64,000 nucleotides of DNA. Source: Octopus vulgaris. Lineage: Eukaryota. The position numbers and the translations under genes are program-made. Under the pieces are notes generated by a model. It ran no database searches, was not told where the DNA came from, and was given only the letters and a program-made list of their open reading frames with translations. Every line of letters begins with the position of its first letter. Positions within the stretch are counted from its first letter, which is position 1. The stretch is from positions 77,686,001 through 77,750,000 of the forward strand of contig OX597825.1 of NCBI GenBank assembly GCA_951406725.2, in the 5' to 3' direction. Shown piece after piece: positions 30,302 to 45,148 of the stretch.

Positions 30302-31434
30302 TAATAACATATATATACATATATAATATATGTATCTAATTGTGTGTGTATATATATATATACATATATATACATATATAATATATGTAGCTAATTGTGT
30401 ATGTATATATATATATACATATCTACAAACATACATACTTACATTGATGCATACTTATACATATATACATACAGACATGTATACACACACACACACACGC
30501 ACACATTCCAAACAATCGCTTTCAATATAACGGGACGTTATATTAACGCTGGCTCTATTGGGTTTTTTTCACACTCAACAAACACCTCATACATCCATAA
30601 TATATCACCACGCAACACTTCTTGTTGTAGCTGTTGTTGCTGCCAGTCTTCTTGTGTGTCTCTACCGTTCGTTCCCTTCTGTGACTCTACCTGCCTTTTT
30701 TTCTGCTCCCTCTCTTTGGGATCTTATATACCACCACCACCACCGCGGCAACAACAACAACAGCAACAATAACTACAATAATAAAAGCAACGTCGAAGCG
30801 CCATTGCTGTTGTCTGTTGTTGTGCGTTTCTTGCATTCCGCTCGTTCCCTTCTCTACGTGTTATCCTCCATTCTTGCCTCTTTCTTCGGGACATTGCGCC
30901 TCTTCCATACAACTCCTTCTAACACAGCAACGGTTGTTGTTGATCTGGTTGTTGTTTTTGCTGTTCCTGTTGATGTTGTTGTTGTTGTTGTTGTTGAATA
31001 TTTGTGTTTTAGATTCTTTCTTTTTACTACTTTTAATTTTTGAATTTTTTTTTTGGTTTTGTTTTGCATTTTCTTTTTGCATCCCTTCTGACTTTGGGCC
31101 TTTATTTCCACCATTGTGACGACCACCGCCATAACAACTATCAACAATACTTATTCTAGCACCGATACAAACATTCATCTCACACTACCACCACCACCAC
31201 CACCATCATCAGTGCGACCATCATCATCAGCGCTACTACCGTCACCGTCACCGACATCACCACCACCAACTCCACTATCACTACTACTACTACTACCATC
31301 ACTTCCACTACCACCATCAGTACCACAACAACAAAAATAATATATATCAACTTATGTGTAGAAAAGTGTGACTTAGTGGTCGATATACATACATACACAA
31401 ACACACACACACACACATATATATATATACATAC

Positions 31435-31484
<50 letters not shown>

Positions 31485-31486
<2 letters not shown>

Positions 31487-31785
31487 AGGCGCAATGGCCC
31501 AGTGCTTAGGGCAGCGGACTCGCGGTCGTAGGATCGCGGTTTCGATTCCCAGACCGGGTGTTGTGAGTGTTTATTGAGCGAAAACACCTTAAAGCTCCAC
31601 GAGGCTCCGGCAGGGGGTGGTGATCCCTGCTGTACTCCTTCACCACTCTTTCTCTCACTCTTTCTTCTGTTGGCCTGCTCGCTTAGCCAGCGGGGTGGCG
31701 TCATTCGAAGGCTAAAACAATGCGAACGCATTGTGATCAGCGATGTGTAACAACATCTGATGGTCTGGTCGGTCACGTCACGTGA
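31485..31785 (+). mobile_element. tRNA-derived SINE family B, tail type B2, full length
   Basis: A box TGGCCCAGTGC, B box GGTTTCGATTCC; body shared with B1 up to ctttctctcactct, then a distinct tail ending ggtcggtcacgtcacgtga. Confidence 0.9.
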
Positions 31786-31949
31786 TATATATACACTTTT
31801 ATATATATATACACACTTACGTTTTATTTATTATTTTGCACATTACTTAATCATTGGTATATGTTTTTATCTTATATTTAATTTTTTTATATGGTATAAT
31901 TTAATCTTTTCATTGTTGAATTGATAAAAAAAGGTGTCTCTTTCTAATT

Positions 31950-31992
<43 letters not shown>

Positions 31993-32019
31993 TTGTGTGT
32001 GGTTATATATATCTGTCTA

Positions 32020-32262
32020 TGTATGGAAACGTATAACTTAGTTAGGAGTGTTGCAGTCATAATCGGAAGGTTACGGTTTCGATTCCTAGAGCAGGTGATG
32101 TGTTATGTTATTCAGGAAAGCATTTCCTTTCAAATTGCTGAAGTCCACCCAGCTAAGAAGAACTAACGGCGTTAACCCGGCGATGGACCAGCACTCCGTC
32201 CAGATAGGGAATATTCGCGCCACAGATTCAGGGAAACCGATTTTATGAGCCCATGGCTTGGG
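32020..32262 (+). mobile_element. Old tRNA-headed SINE (family F)
   Basis: ggtttcgattcct B box; aacccggcgatggaccagcactccgtccag central motif; related to 54845-55030. Confidence 0.6.
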
Positions 32263-32592
32263 GGGATTTTTGGTTGTAGATTCATTTTTGTATTACTTAA
32301 GTTATCTGTCTGTCTTTCTGTCTATTTGTGCATCTGTTTTACGAACTTTTGAGAGAAGTAATTCCGTTTTGGAACAATTCGAAGCAAGCATGAACTATAA
32401 GTAATATATTTATGCCGCTACTTCGAAGTATTGCCAAAACGAAGATGTGTGCATGTGTGTGTGTGTGTGTATTCGAGTATGTGTGTGTGTATGTGTGTCT
32501 GCATAAATAGATAGATAGATAGATATATAGGTACATACATACATACATACAAACATAGACAGACAGATAGGCGGACAGACAGACAGACAGAC

Positions 32593-32651
<59 letters not shown>

Positions 32652-32668
32652 AATAGATAGATAGATAG

Positions 32669-32715
<47 letters not shown>

Positions 32716-32919
32716 CCGCTGTCGATTAGTTCCCATCAGATATCGCAAACTTCCATATATCAACTATTCTTAATTTGTCAAACTTCCTCGTAATTCTGCA
32801 GAATCGTTGAACTTTTTCCTCGTGAGTATCTGTATAAATAGTTTTCGTTATGTGTACATGTGTAAATGTGAGTGTATAAAAATTGTATAATACAGCAACA
32901 TTTTCGAACTTCATTTTTT

Positions 32920-32988
<69 letters not shown>

Positions 32989-33110
32989 AACACGCACACA
33001 CATTTATATACATATGCTTAAATGTATATGCATTTAAATGTATGCATGTATAAATATAAATGCATACATACATACATACAAATTTACATATAGATACATA
33101 TACATATATA

Positions 33111-33179
<69 letters not shown>

Positions 33180-33190
33180 GTATATATATG

Positions 33191-33243
<53 letters not shown>

Positions 33244-34067
33244 TGCATTTTTATACATACGCACACATACATATATATATGTAGTATGCATATATATATA
33301 GATAGATAGATAGAGAGAGATAGAGAGAGAGGTGTAGGGCAGAGACAGATAAATACACGCAGGGAAACATGCAAATATATATATATTTGTTTGTTTGTGT
33401 GTGTCTGTGTGCATGTGTGTGTGTGTACCTATGCATATACGGACGAATATATTAAAATATAATTCTTTTATACATACATGTATCTGTGTCTGCTGTTATT
33501 GAACTTATTCAATTTATTCAATTTAATCTCTTCAATATTTCACCGCAGCGCCGTCTACATCGCAACCGCCTACTTCTCCACACCCTTTGCACACGCCATT
33601 TTCAGAATATCTTTTAATACAGTTCGATTACAAATAAATCTCTCCCTCCACTTTCCGCCATATTTGAATTTTCATTTTTTCTCTTTTTCTACCTTTTTTC
33701 TTTGAAATATTTCTCTTCATAAAAACAACCTTGTTACTTCCTATTCAAAGTTCTTCTTTGTCTACCATTTGTTTGCATTTTCATTTTTTGTTTTTGTTTT
33801 GTTTTTATGGTTTTATGACGGGTTTTTTTTTTAGTTTATTCCTGGAGCCATTTTCAGAACAAAATAATATTCCCTAAAAGCTACTTTGGTTTAAAATATT
33901 CTGCTGCGTTTTATTTTATTTTATTTCATCTTAGAAAATTTTTTTTTTAAATGAATTGAAACATTTAGTCATGTACCAGATGATTGAGTAACACACATAC
34001 AAGCATATATGCCTAGATACAAATATATATGCATATGCGTATATATAAACATACCTATATTTATATA

Positions 34068-34108
<41 letters not shown>

Positions 34109-34356
34109 TTTATATGTGTGTGTCTGTGTCCATATATATGCACATATTTGTATTGATATGCCTATATGTATATATGTGTACGTATATATAAATATGTATA
34201 TATATATATATAGTGAGAGGGAGAGAGATAGAGACAGAGACATACAGAGAGAGAGAGAGGGAGAGAGAGATGTATGTATATACATATGTATGGATGGGTA
34301 GATGTGTGTATATTTATATCTATAAGTGAGTGAATGAATGCGGATATATTTGTGTA

Positions 34357-34405
<49 letters not shown>

Positions 34406-34473
34406 CATATGATGTAGAGATACACATATCTATATACACAGATTGATAGTTAAATAGATCTAGATAAATAGCT

Positions 34474-34510
<37 letters not shown>

Positions 34511-34757
34511 TAAATAGCAACAAGTCAGAATAGATTAAACAAATCAAGGATAAAAGACATTCCAGCTTTGGTCTATCCTTCTTTGGTTTTCCAGACAGTG
34601 TTGGTCCCGTACCATATTTATCCAACAAACCGGCAGGGCAAGAATTCAAAGCAAATGAGATTTTCAATTAGATTTTACTTCTATCTCTAACTAAGCTAAC
34701 TACTACAAAGTGGGTCCATATTTTGACGGAAGGGCAGTACGCAAGAGTTTTGGATAT

Positions 34758-34798
<41 letters not shown>

Positions 34799-34812
34799 AT
34801 ACGTATATATAG

Positions 34813-35036
34813 CCGACCAGGCTATCAGATGTTGTTATACATCGCTGGTCACAATGACGCCACCCTGCTGGCTAAGCGAGCAGGCCAACAGAAGAAAGAG
34901 TGAGAGAAAGTTGTGGCGAAAGAGTACTGCAGGGATCGCCACCACCACCCTGCCGGAGCCTCGTGGAGCTTTAGGTGTTTTCGCTCAATAAACACTCACA
35001 ACACCCGGTCTAGGAATCGAAACCGCGATCCTACGA
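34813..35036 (-). mobile_element. SINE family B2, 5'-truncated with an internal deletion
   Basis: Reverse complement of ~31525-31772. Confidence 0.88.
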
Positions 35037-35106
35037 TATATATATATATATATATACAGTGGCGGACTGGCCAGGTTGTCAGCTTACCTGATAGCAAGTG
35101 GGTCCC

Positions 35107-35589
35107 TGCGCCATTAGAATCCAATGAGAATTGCAAAACCCTGTAGGATGCAATGATCAAGTGCGATCACCAGACTAGACATCGGAAACCGGACATTGTT
35201 GTGGTGAGTAAAAAAGAAAGAACATGTATGGTAACCTATATAGCATGTCCCGGTGACAGCAGGATCAATGTGAGAGAGGAAGAAAAAATAAACAACTATG
35301 ATGATTTAAGGTGGGAAATACGAAGGTTGTGGCCAATGAAGAGAGTAGACATGATACCAATTGTAATTGGTGCACTTGGAAGTATCAGCACTCAACTACC
35401 AACATGGCTGAAAAAGATCGGTGCAAGTGTGATGGTAGAACACCTACAAAAAATCAGCATTGCTTGGAACTGCAAGAATTCTTCGCAGGGTTCTTGAAGC
35501 ATGACCAGTAAACAAGTGTCACATTAGTTTGCTGGCTGTGGACAGGTGACACTTTCCATGATACCCAGCAAAATAAACTGTGAGTTTTC

Positions 35590-35590
<1 letters not shown>
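35107..35590 (+). mobile_element. 5'-truncated R4/Dong-type non-LTR retrotransposon 3' end (RLE domain; in-frame stop and frameshift)
   Basis: NENCKTL*DAMIKCDHQTRHRKPDIVVV...IACPGD...EEEKINNYDDL..EIRRLW...IPIVIGALG...LQK/SALLGTARILRRVLEA* (stop at 35504); (AAT)n tail. Confidence 0.88.
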
Positions 35591-35659
<69 letters not shown>

Positions 35660-35674
35660 TTTATTATTATAAAT

Positions 35675-35712
<38 letters not shown>

Positions 35713-35747
35713 TAATAATAATGATAATAATAATAATAATAATAATG

Positions 35748-35796
<49 letters not shown>

Positions 35797-35813
35797 CAAT
35801 AATAACAATAACA

Positions 35814-35862
<49 letters not shown>

Positions 35863-35919
35863 TAACAACAACAATAATAATAATAATAATTATTATTATT
35901 ATTATTATTATTACTATTA

Positions 35920-35965
<46 letters not shown>
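35591..35965. repeat. (AAT)n followed by (ATT)n, palindromic junction at ~35890
   Basis: Triplet runs of opposite polarity. Confidence 0.92.
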
Positions 35966-35966
<1 letters not shown>

Positions 35967-36049
35967 TCATTTATTTGCCAGAAGGGTGAAGGATAAGGGG
36001 GACAATATTTGTATTGTCCCCCTTTACATATAATAAAATGATAAAAAAA

Positions 36050-36262
36050 AAAGAAAAAGTGAAGGAAAGTAAGTACACACGGAATACACTGAAAAGGAAG
36101 GGACGTATGTATAGCATACAAAGATTTGAGAAATTGTGTGAAGGACAAATAAATAATGAGTGTGTTCATTGGCGAAAGATGACCATCTTTAAATATAAGA
36201 ATATTTGTTTCAACACACGATTTCATATTAAGAATCTTGCACCACAACTACAGAAACTGGTA
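36050..36262 (+). mobile_element. Interspersed repeat family D, diverged
   Basis: atgaccatctttaaatataagaatatttgtttcaacacacgatttcatattaagaatcttgcacc. Confidence 0.6.
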
Positions 36263-36316
36263 CATACATACATACCTTCACATATACATATACACACAAA
36301 CGCATATACATATATG

Positions 36317-36705
36317 TGGATGGGATGCACTCCGTCGGTTGCGACGACGAGGGTTCCGGTTGATCCGAATCAACGGAACAGCGTGCTCGTGAAATTAACG
36401 TGTAAGTGGCTGAGCACTCCACAGACACGTGTACCCTTAACGTAGTTCTCGGGGATATTCAGCGTGACACAGAGAGTGACAAGGCCGGCCCTTTGAAATA
36501 CAGGTACAACAGAAACAGGAAGTAAGAGTGAGAGATATTTGTGGTGAAAGAGTACAGCAGGGATCACCACCATCCCCTGCCGGAGCCTCGTGGAACTTTT
36601 AGGTGTTTTCGCTCAATAAACAATCACAACGCCCGGTCTGGGAATCGAAACCGCGATCCTATGACCGCGAGTCCGCTGCCCTAACCACTGGGCCATTGTG
36701 CCTCC
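36317..36705 (-). mobile_element. SINE family B1, full length
   Basis: Minus strand head GGAGGCACAATGGCCCAGTGGTTAGGGCAGCGGACTCGCGGTC...; tail ...gtcgcaaccgacggagtgc. Confidence 0.92.
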
Positions 36706-36724
36706 ACATACATATATGTGTATG

Positions 36725-36755
<31 letters not shown>

Positions 36756-37155
36756 CCCACACACAACGTTCCTCTGCAGAGTTTCTGTCTACTAAGTTGC
36801 TGATCGGCTCCGGGATACGCATGCGCCAGGTACCTCCAAGTGAAAGTGAAAGTAAAATGCCGAGTCTACAAATTGTGCTTCTCAACGAAGCATCCATGGC
36901 TTCGCCTGGTCTTTTTATCTTATTGAAGTCTAATACCAATGTCTAAATATCACGGAGCGCTTTCATGTCAGTCCTTCTTTTTATGTCCATCTGACAAAGG
37001 GATGTCAACACTTTTCCGAATAGGAGCAGATTGTAATGTGTCGGAGATCATTGGAAAAAAAATATATATGTGAATATATTAAATACAAACCCGTTAAACC
37101 CGGACCAACCTATAATGTGGATTTGCAGAATATATACTATATACTATATATATAT

Positions 37156-37232
37156 TTGTTGTGCAAGATTTTTTATGTGAAGTCGTGTGTTGAAACAGAT
37201 ATTGTTATATGACCATTCCGAAATATAACAAT
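37156..37232 (-). mobile_element. Family D fragment with an internal strand switch
   Basis: Minus-strand D sequence to ~37208, then plus-strand atgaccattccgaaatataacaatat. Confidence 0.6.
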
Positions 37233-38201
37233 ATATATATATGTATATATATGCATACATATATTAATGTATTAATGTATAGATAGATAGATATGTGTGT
37301 GTAAGTGTGTATAAGGGTGTATGTAGCGTGTTTCTGTACGTATATATTGAGTGTACATATGGTTATATACAGATATAAGTATCTGTTTCTGTTCTTTGAA
37401 TGTTTATATACATACATGCACACACACACACACACATACATATTTATGTATGTATGTATACATATACATATATATATATACATAATTATATATATATATA
37501 CGCACATATATATGTATGTATAGATATAGATATATATACATACACACATGCACACATACATTTATATACATATATATTTATAATCGTGCATACATGCATG
37601 TATATATATATATATGTATATATATACACACACATATATATATATATGTAAGTATGTATAGATATATGCACATACACACATATACAATTATATATATACA
37701 TACCTATACTCGCATATATATATGTATATATATATATTATATAATATGCAGTCACACAACACATATATATATATATATAGTACATATATATATATACATA
37801 TACATACACACACATAAACGAATATATATACACACAAATAACGTATTATCCACGATTCTTTTGATGTTGATGGAACAACCAATTATAGAAGACAATATCT
37901 TTCTGTTGTAGATTTGTAAATCGAAGAAAAAATAATGGAGAGGTCAATAAGAATTGAGTTTGAGGAAGATATGGGACAAAGAAGGCTAACATGAAGACAG
38001 GTGTCTGTGACGAGGTGTAAAGGGAGAGCGCGAGGGAGAGAGGGAGGGAGGGGAGATAGAGATGTTGTATAGAGAGAAATAAAGAGAGGAAAGAGAAGGG
38101 GGAAGAGAGAGAGAGAGACAACCAAATCGAGACAGACATAGAGAGGGAGATATGATAAAGAGGAAATGAGATTGAGAAACTGAGAGCGCAGGAGATTGAG
38201 A

Positions 38202-38233
38202 GATGATGATGTCGATTTTGATGATGATGATAG

Positions 38234-38294
<61 letters not shown>

Positions 38295-38311
38295 AGTGAT
38301 GATGATGATAT

Positions 38312-38345
<34 letters not shown>

Positions 38346-38410
38346 AGTGATGATGATGATATTGATGATGATGATGATGATGATAGTGATGATGACGATA
38401 TTGATGATGG

Positions 38411-38462
<52 letters not shown>

Positions 38463-38612
38463 AGTGATGATGATGATATTGATGATGATGATAATGATGA
38501 TGATGATGATGATGATGGTGGTGGTAGTGGTTGTTGTGGTGGTGGTGGTGGTGAATTCAATGTTGCTAGTGACGATGATGGTAAGGTGATGATTATGATG
38601 ATGTGACGATGT

Positions 38613-38641
<29 letters not shown>
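38202..38641. repeat. (GAT)n microsatellite with a recurring GATAGT..GATATT higher-order unit
   Basis: Triplet run. Confidence 0.93.
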
Positions 38642-38643
<2 letters not shown>

Positions 38644-39058
38644 AAGAAAGATGGGGAGGCGGGGAGAGAGAAAAAGAAAGAGAGGAGTCAGATCGGAGAG
38701 AATGCTGAAAGACATGTAAGAACGGAGAACCAAGAAGAAGAGCAAAGAAGAACGAAGAAAAGAACAAAAAAACTACGAAACGAAAACCAAAAACAAAGCA
38801 AAAAAAACAACGCCCCACAAAAACAACAACAACAAAAATCTTTAATTAAAAACTGAGTCCCTGAAAGGTAAGAAGAGGAATTATTATGGAGAAACGTCAA
38901 GAAGATATTATTAATGTTTGTAGATTTAAAAAATGGTAAATGGTGCGATGATTCCAGTCTTCTAATTCCATCCAGCCATGTGAAGGAATATTGAAGACTC
39001 TTCATACAGTGTTTTCATTCGACAACCAATCACTTTCTCACCCTCTTCTTGTTTCTCT

Positions 39059-39192
<134 letters not shown>

Positions 39193-39515
39193 GTATATAT
39201 ATGCGTGTGCGTGTGTGTGTGTGTGTCCATCTCGTGTAATCTCCATCTCCTCTCACCATCTCATTCATCCATTCTCCAACCCTTCTTTCTCTCTGTCTCT
39301 CCGCTCACCTATTCTTCTTCATCGTATCTTTGCAAATACGACTCTGTACAGGACAGTACAGAGTGTAATCATACACACAAATACACACACACACATATGC
39401 ACACACATACACACACACACACACACACTGACACACACATTTGTGTAACTATATATTTATATATACATATACATATGAATATAAATAATGCATACCCGTA
39501 TATAAGTAGTACACA

Positions 39516-39555
<40 letters not shown>

Positions 39556-39600
39556 AATGCATACACTCAGACACACGCGCACATACGCACACATACACTG

Positions 39601-39639
<39 letters not shown>

Positions 39640-40515
39640 CACACACATACTTATAACTTTCTTGTGAGCACTTTAGGGATGTTAGAAGATTTATTAAAAT
39701 TCGATCTATGTGTGTGTATATGTATGTGTGTGAATGCGTGTGTGTTCATGTGTAAGGATTTCATGCGTTGATGAGTCGAACAATGATATTCGATACTCGC
39801 ATGCGCGCGCACACTCACACACATACACATGCATGTTCATCGACACACAAACATTCACGTATATATACCTATATACATGTATTAATACATATATGCACAC
39901 AAACATAATCACATATACATACATATATACATACATGTGTGTATATGTATACACATATTATATATTATATATATATAATATATATATTATATATGTGTAT
40001 GTATGAATGCACCTATGTATGTGTGTGTGTGTATGTCTGTGTATCCATTGCATTTAATATCATCTTGTGTTTATCAAACGTAACAAATAAAAGGTTTTGA
40101 TGGACGTCCATAGCCGCCAACTACGAAAATATTAAATAATATCCACGCTCCAACTTTATTGCAAAACAATGATTCCATACTTTTATGATACAGCGCCATC
40201 TATTGTCAGTGAAGTGGTAATGCTCTTCTTGTCTTGTTTTTTGTTATCGTTGTTGTTGTTCCTCTTATTTTTTTTTGTTCTTGTTGTAGTTGCTGCTGTT
40301 GTTACTATCATTGACGTTGATATTATTGTTGCTGTTGTTAGTGTTGTTGTTTGTTTAGGCGTTGATCAAGTATTGGACTCAATCACAGGTTGTCTCTCCA
40401 TCTTTTAATCCATTGATGGGAACCTGGTACACACACACGTACACATACACGCGCGTGCTCACACTGCTATGTATGAGTGTGTGTGTGCGTTTGTATGTAT
40501 GTATGTATATATATC

Positions 40516-41050
40516 TTAGCTGAATAGCCCGTCGTTGCCAGGCATCTTTTACAATAGAATATATTGTATAAATTTTTACTTATTCCATATCAAAACATGA
40601 CTTCTCCAACAGATGGGTCTCTTAATTAGGGCAGATATGTGAAATTCTTCACCAGAAAAATGCGTTGAGAATTTATTTCCTTTTTAAATTATTTACATAT
40701 CTGTTCGACCGCTTCACACATTCAGAAGTTCTTAAGCTTTGGTCGTAGTAATGCTTTGCTTTGGTTCGTTAAATAAAAAAAATTCCCCCTCCTAATGATT
40801 TTGCTTTCATTTCCTGATTGACATCTACCATGCAGAAAATGCTAGCTTCTAAATCCTGTTTAGGTAATATTGATTAAACGTTTAATCCCAGGTACATTGT
40901 TCTGCAACTGTTCTGGAACAAATAAATAACAAAATAACAAAATTGGATTTAACGGGTAGAATTATTTCAATATACCAAATTTGGAAATTTTGACGTAATT
41001 TTAAAATCTCATATGTGACAGCATACAAAGGTAGAGAGACAGACAGTTAT
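40516..41050. mobile_element. Possible Helitron/DINE-like non-autonomous relic
   Basis: Starts tagctgaatagcccgtcgttgccagg and ends near ccaaattt...gacagacag, recalling HINE/DINE ends; single copy here. Confidence 0.25.
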
Positions 41051-41762
41051 AGGACGTGACACGCACGCACGCAAATAAACACTTCACATACACACACTAG
41101 GAAACAGATAAGTCAGCTGCTCACATCTCCGCTGATTTCCTGAAGAATGTGTCCTAAGCCCAAAATATTGAAAAACAAGAGAATACAAACTACCGCTTTC
41201 TTTTATTTCTTATAACTCACATTGGATTGGCTTTAAAAAAACTTCAAACATACATCTGTGTTTGTATGCGTGAACTTGTTTGCATGAGTGTGTGTATATA
41301 AGTGTGTACCTGCGCGTGGGTATGTATTATTGCGTATGCTAATCTGAACATGAAGGCAGATTAAGTAAACACTTCCTGCATTAGAAGACTCATTACAAAA
41401 GAAGTTCAAGCGTGATCTTTATATTAGCTTTTCGGTTTTTACCGAAATACTTTTTGCTTCATGTCGTAAAGATTGTTGTGAAAGAAGTCTTAGGAACTGG
41501 AGCAAAAAAGACGTCTGTAACGAAGGAGAAAGTAATAAAAATACGTACATATGTATGTATGTATGTATGTATGTATGTTTGTATGTATGTATGTATGTAT
41601 GTATGTATGTATGTATGTATGTATGTATATAGATAAATAGATAGATAGATAAAATATATAATATAATATGATATAATGCATACATATTTACGCACATGCG
41701 CACACACATATATGTACCTACGTATATATGTAGTGAGGAATGCGTACAGCCACCCACATATA

Positions 41763-41796
<34 letters not shown>

Positions 41797-41811
41797 TAGA
41801 TAGATAGATAT

Positions 41812-41857
<46 letters not shown>

Positions 41858-42540
41858 TTACATACACACACACACGTATATGCGCATATGTATGCGTATG
41901 TTTATGTACATATGTATATATATACATAAATATATATGCATACATACATAGATATATATATGTATATATGTATTAATGCGTGTGTGTGTATATATATATA
42001 CATACATACATACATACATATATATATATGTATGTACAGGCACGTGCACACACGCTTGTACACACACGCACTAACACACACATACGCGTAAGCACACATA
42101 CACACATATAATGCTTAGACGCTCGGCTCGACAACCTCTCTTCGCTCCTATTTGGGTTGGGTTAATAATAACGTATTTAGTCGAAAGCTAAAGAGACATT
42201 ACAAAACGATATTGATTCCAGCCAATATATCCACACTTAATCTACACATCCAATTCCTTGTTCCATGTCGCTACACTTAATAGCTCTCTTGTTCGCTGCC
42301 AAGCTCCGCAGATCAAAATTATTCGCTCGAGTTGGCAGCGACATCGTTGTTATTGCATGATTGCTTCCAATGACAGGTGAACCGGTACGTCGATGAATTC
42401 AATGTTTGTAGCCCCACAGACGAATGTCTTGTTAACACACTGGCTATTTCTTATTTTCAACGAAGAAGCAAAAACAAGAAGAAAATGCCCGAATATAAAA
42501 TGTTGATTCATTTTATTTATATATATATTTATTTATCCAT

Positions 42541-42571
<31 letters not shown>

Positions 42572-42584
42572 TCTATTATCTGGT

Positions 42585-42840
42585 TATCAACGTCATCGTC
42601 ACGTCCACTTTTCGACGGCTGCATGTGTCAGGTGGAGATTCATAAAGGCATATTTTCTCTGGATGGATGCTCTTCCTGTCTCTAACTCTCAGCTCTCATC
42701 TGTATCCAAGTCAGCTAATATTTCTCCTTGGATAGCTAGGGTTTCTTCTCTTTGATTTTGCTGACGAATAGAGAAGAGGGACACCGCTTATATGACGGTG
42801 ATACTCTCTTATAGCTTTCATGTGATGTAAAGACACAGAG
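42585..42840 (-). mobile_element. Old SINE-like repeat (family G)
   Basis: ggatggatgctcttcctgtctctaac resembles the reverse complement of the GTTGGCGACAGGAAGGGCATCC motif seen in invertebrate SINEs. Confidence 0.45.
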
Positions 42841-43289
42841 ATACAAACACACACACGCGTTTGTACGCCCACACACAGATGCACGCATGCACACACACAA
42901 ACACACACGCGCGCGCGCACGTCTAGACACACACACACGCACTCACAAATCTGAACGCGCGCACATACACATGTGCACGCCCACACACACATATGACCGC
43001 CCACACAAACATGCACACATGCACACACATGCAAGTACACATACACACATGCAGGTGCACACATATGCACGCCTACATACAAAAGCACAAACACACGCAT
43101 CACACACAAACATGCACGCCCACACACATAAGCATGCACACATATGACCACCCACGCAAAAATGCGCTCACACACATGCACCTACACACACACATGAACG
43201 CACGTATATGTCACAGGTCCGCGTATGCGCGCGCGCACACACACTCACACGCGCGCGCATATTAGCAAAGGGACATAACTCTTCGCGGT

Positions 43290-43385
43290 CGTTAAATTAA
43301 TTAGCAGTGGAGCACTGGGGTCGATGTGATGGACTTAGCCTCCCCGCGAAATTTTTAGCCTTGTGCCAACATTTGGAAGCAATCT
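43290..43385 (+). mobile_element. SINE family C 3' fragment
   Basis: gagcactggggtcgatgtgatggactta...gccttgtgccaacatttg. Confidence 0.65.
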
Positions 43386-43590
43386 TCACGTGCCGAGTTC
43401 TGCTCGAGAATTTTCCTCGTGATTGTGACACTATCAAAAGTGAATTTCGATGCAGATACAACTATGGACAAAAATAATATAGGAGCGGTGGTGGCTTAAA
43501 AGATAACCTTAAACAGAAAAAATACAGGTTACCCACGGAATTTGAACTTGAGTATACTGTAACCAAGACAGACAAGTTAACCAATATATA

Positions 43591-43995
43591 GGCGCAGGAG
43601 TGGCTGTGTGGTAGGTAGCTTGCTAACCAACCACATGGTTCCGGGTTCAGTCCCACTGCGTGGCATCTTGGGCAAGTGTCTCCTGCTATAGCCCCGGGCC
43701 GACCAATGCCTTGTGAGTGGATTTGGTAGACGGAAACTGAAAGAAGCCTGTCGTATATATGTGTATATATATGTATGTGTGTGTTTGTGTGTCTTTGTTT
43801 GTCCCCCTAGCATCGCTTGACAACCGATGCTGGTGTGTTTACGTCCCCGTCACTTAGCGGTTCGACAAAAGAGACCGATAGAATAAGTACTGGGCTTACA
43901 AAGAATAAGCTCCGGGGTCGATTTGCTCGACTAAAGGCGGTACTCCAGCATGGCCGCAGTCAAATGACTGAAACAAGTAAAAGAGTAAAAGAGAG
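43591..43995 (+). mobile_element. SINE family A, full length
   Basis: A box TGGCTGTGTGG, B box GGTTCAGTCCC, CORE-like cttgggcaagt, internal TA/TG tract, tail ending (agtaaaag)n. Confidence 0.95.
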
Positions 43996-44787
43996 AATAC
44001 ACTGAACAAACTCCAATGTTGGCATTCACCAAATACGCTGATTTGTTCTCATAAGTGAGAAAGTAGATCAGTTTTCACTACGAGAAGGTATAAATCAAAT
44101 CATTTAACGGTTATTTCAAAGTTGATATAAATAACAGGATGTATTATATTAAGTTCCAATCATATTGAATATATTTCATAGTTTCTAGAAATTTCTACGT
44201 ATTGTATAATGGAAAAAGTTACTGTACTTGAGAGAAGATGTTGCAGCTTTTGAACTGTAAAGCGGAAGTGGAAATACTGAACGTGATGATAATCCGCTGT
44301 CCGGACCAGGAGGTCAGTTCTATAATTTAAGCTACAAAACCGGAAAAAACTTCAGAACGAATCCTGTTGCAATAGAAGGCATACTGGACATACTTAGGCC
44401 CTAAAAGGAAATACAAGGGGAAGTAACTTGACAAATAAATGACTGGCGGCCATTTTGTTTCTCTTTCCCATTGCTTGTGCAAAACCAGATGAGTATTTGT
44501 CTCATTCAAAGTAATTAAAAGCCGATTTAATATTTTTAGCTATATTTATTCAAGGTGTATATCATTATGGTCCTTTGTATGGGTGTTAGTCCGTCTGAAA
44601 ATTGTGTGTGTGTGTGTGTGTGAGTGTGTGTATATGTATGTATGTATGTGCGCGCGTGTTGTGTGTGTGTGAGTGTGTGGCAAAATGTGTATATGTATGT
44701 GCTTGTATGTTTGAGTATGCTTGTTTCAACATGTGTATATAAGTGTATAGGTACCTCTCACTCTTTCTCTCTTCATATACATACATA

Positions 44788-44834
<47 letters not shown>

Positions 44835-44896
44835 TATATGTATGCATACATCTACATATGTACTTATATAAATGTATAAATTATATTAATGTATAT

Positions 44897-44945
<49 letters not shown>

Positions 44946-44988
44946 TATACAGATATACGCACAAATACATATAGATATATATACATGA

Positions 44989-45031
<43 letters not shown>

Positions 45032-45094
45032 AATGCTCTAATATCTATACAGCCTTGGTTTTTTATCTTATTAAGCAAAAAAATTCTTTTATAT

Positions 45095-45148
<54 letters not shown>

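Noticed and set aside
31485-31560. tRNA-like heads of families A, B and C and at ~28880
   Set aside because: A/B boxes present but no full cloverleaf; these are SINE heads, not tRNA genes
44230-44470. Possible mariner peptide (DDNPLSGP) or ETS/YY1 promoter motifs
   Set aside because: Matches too short to tell from chance
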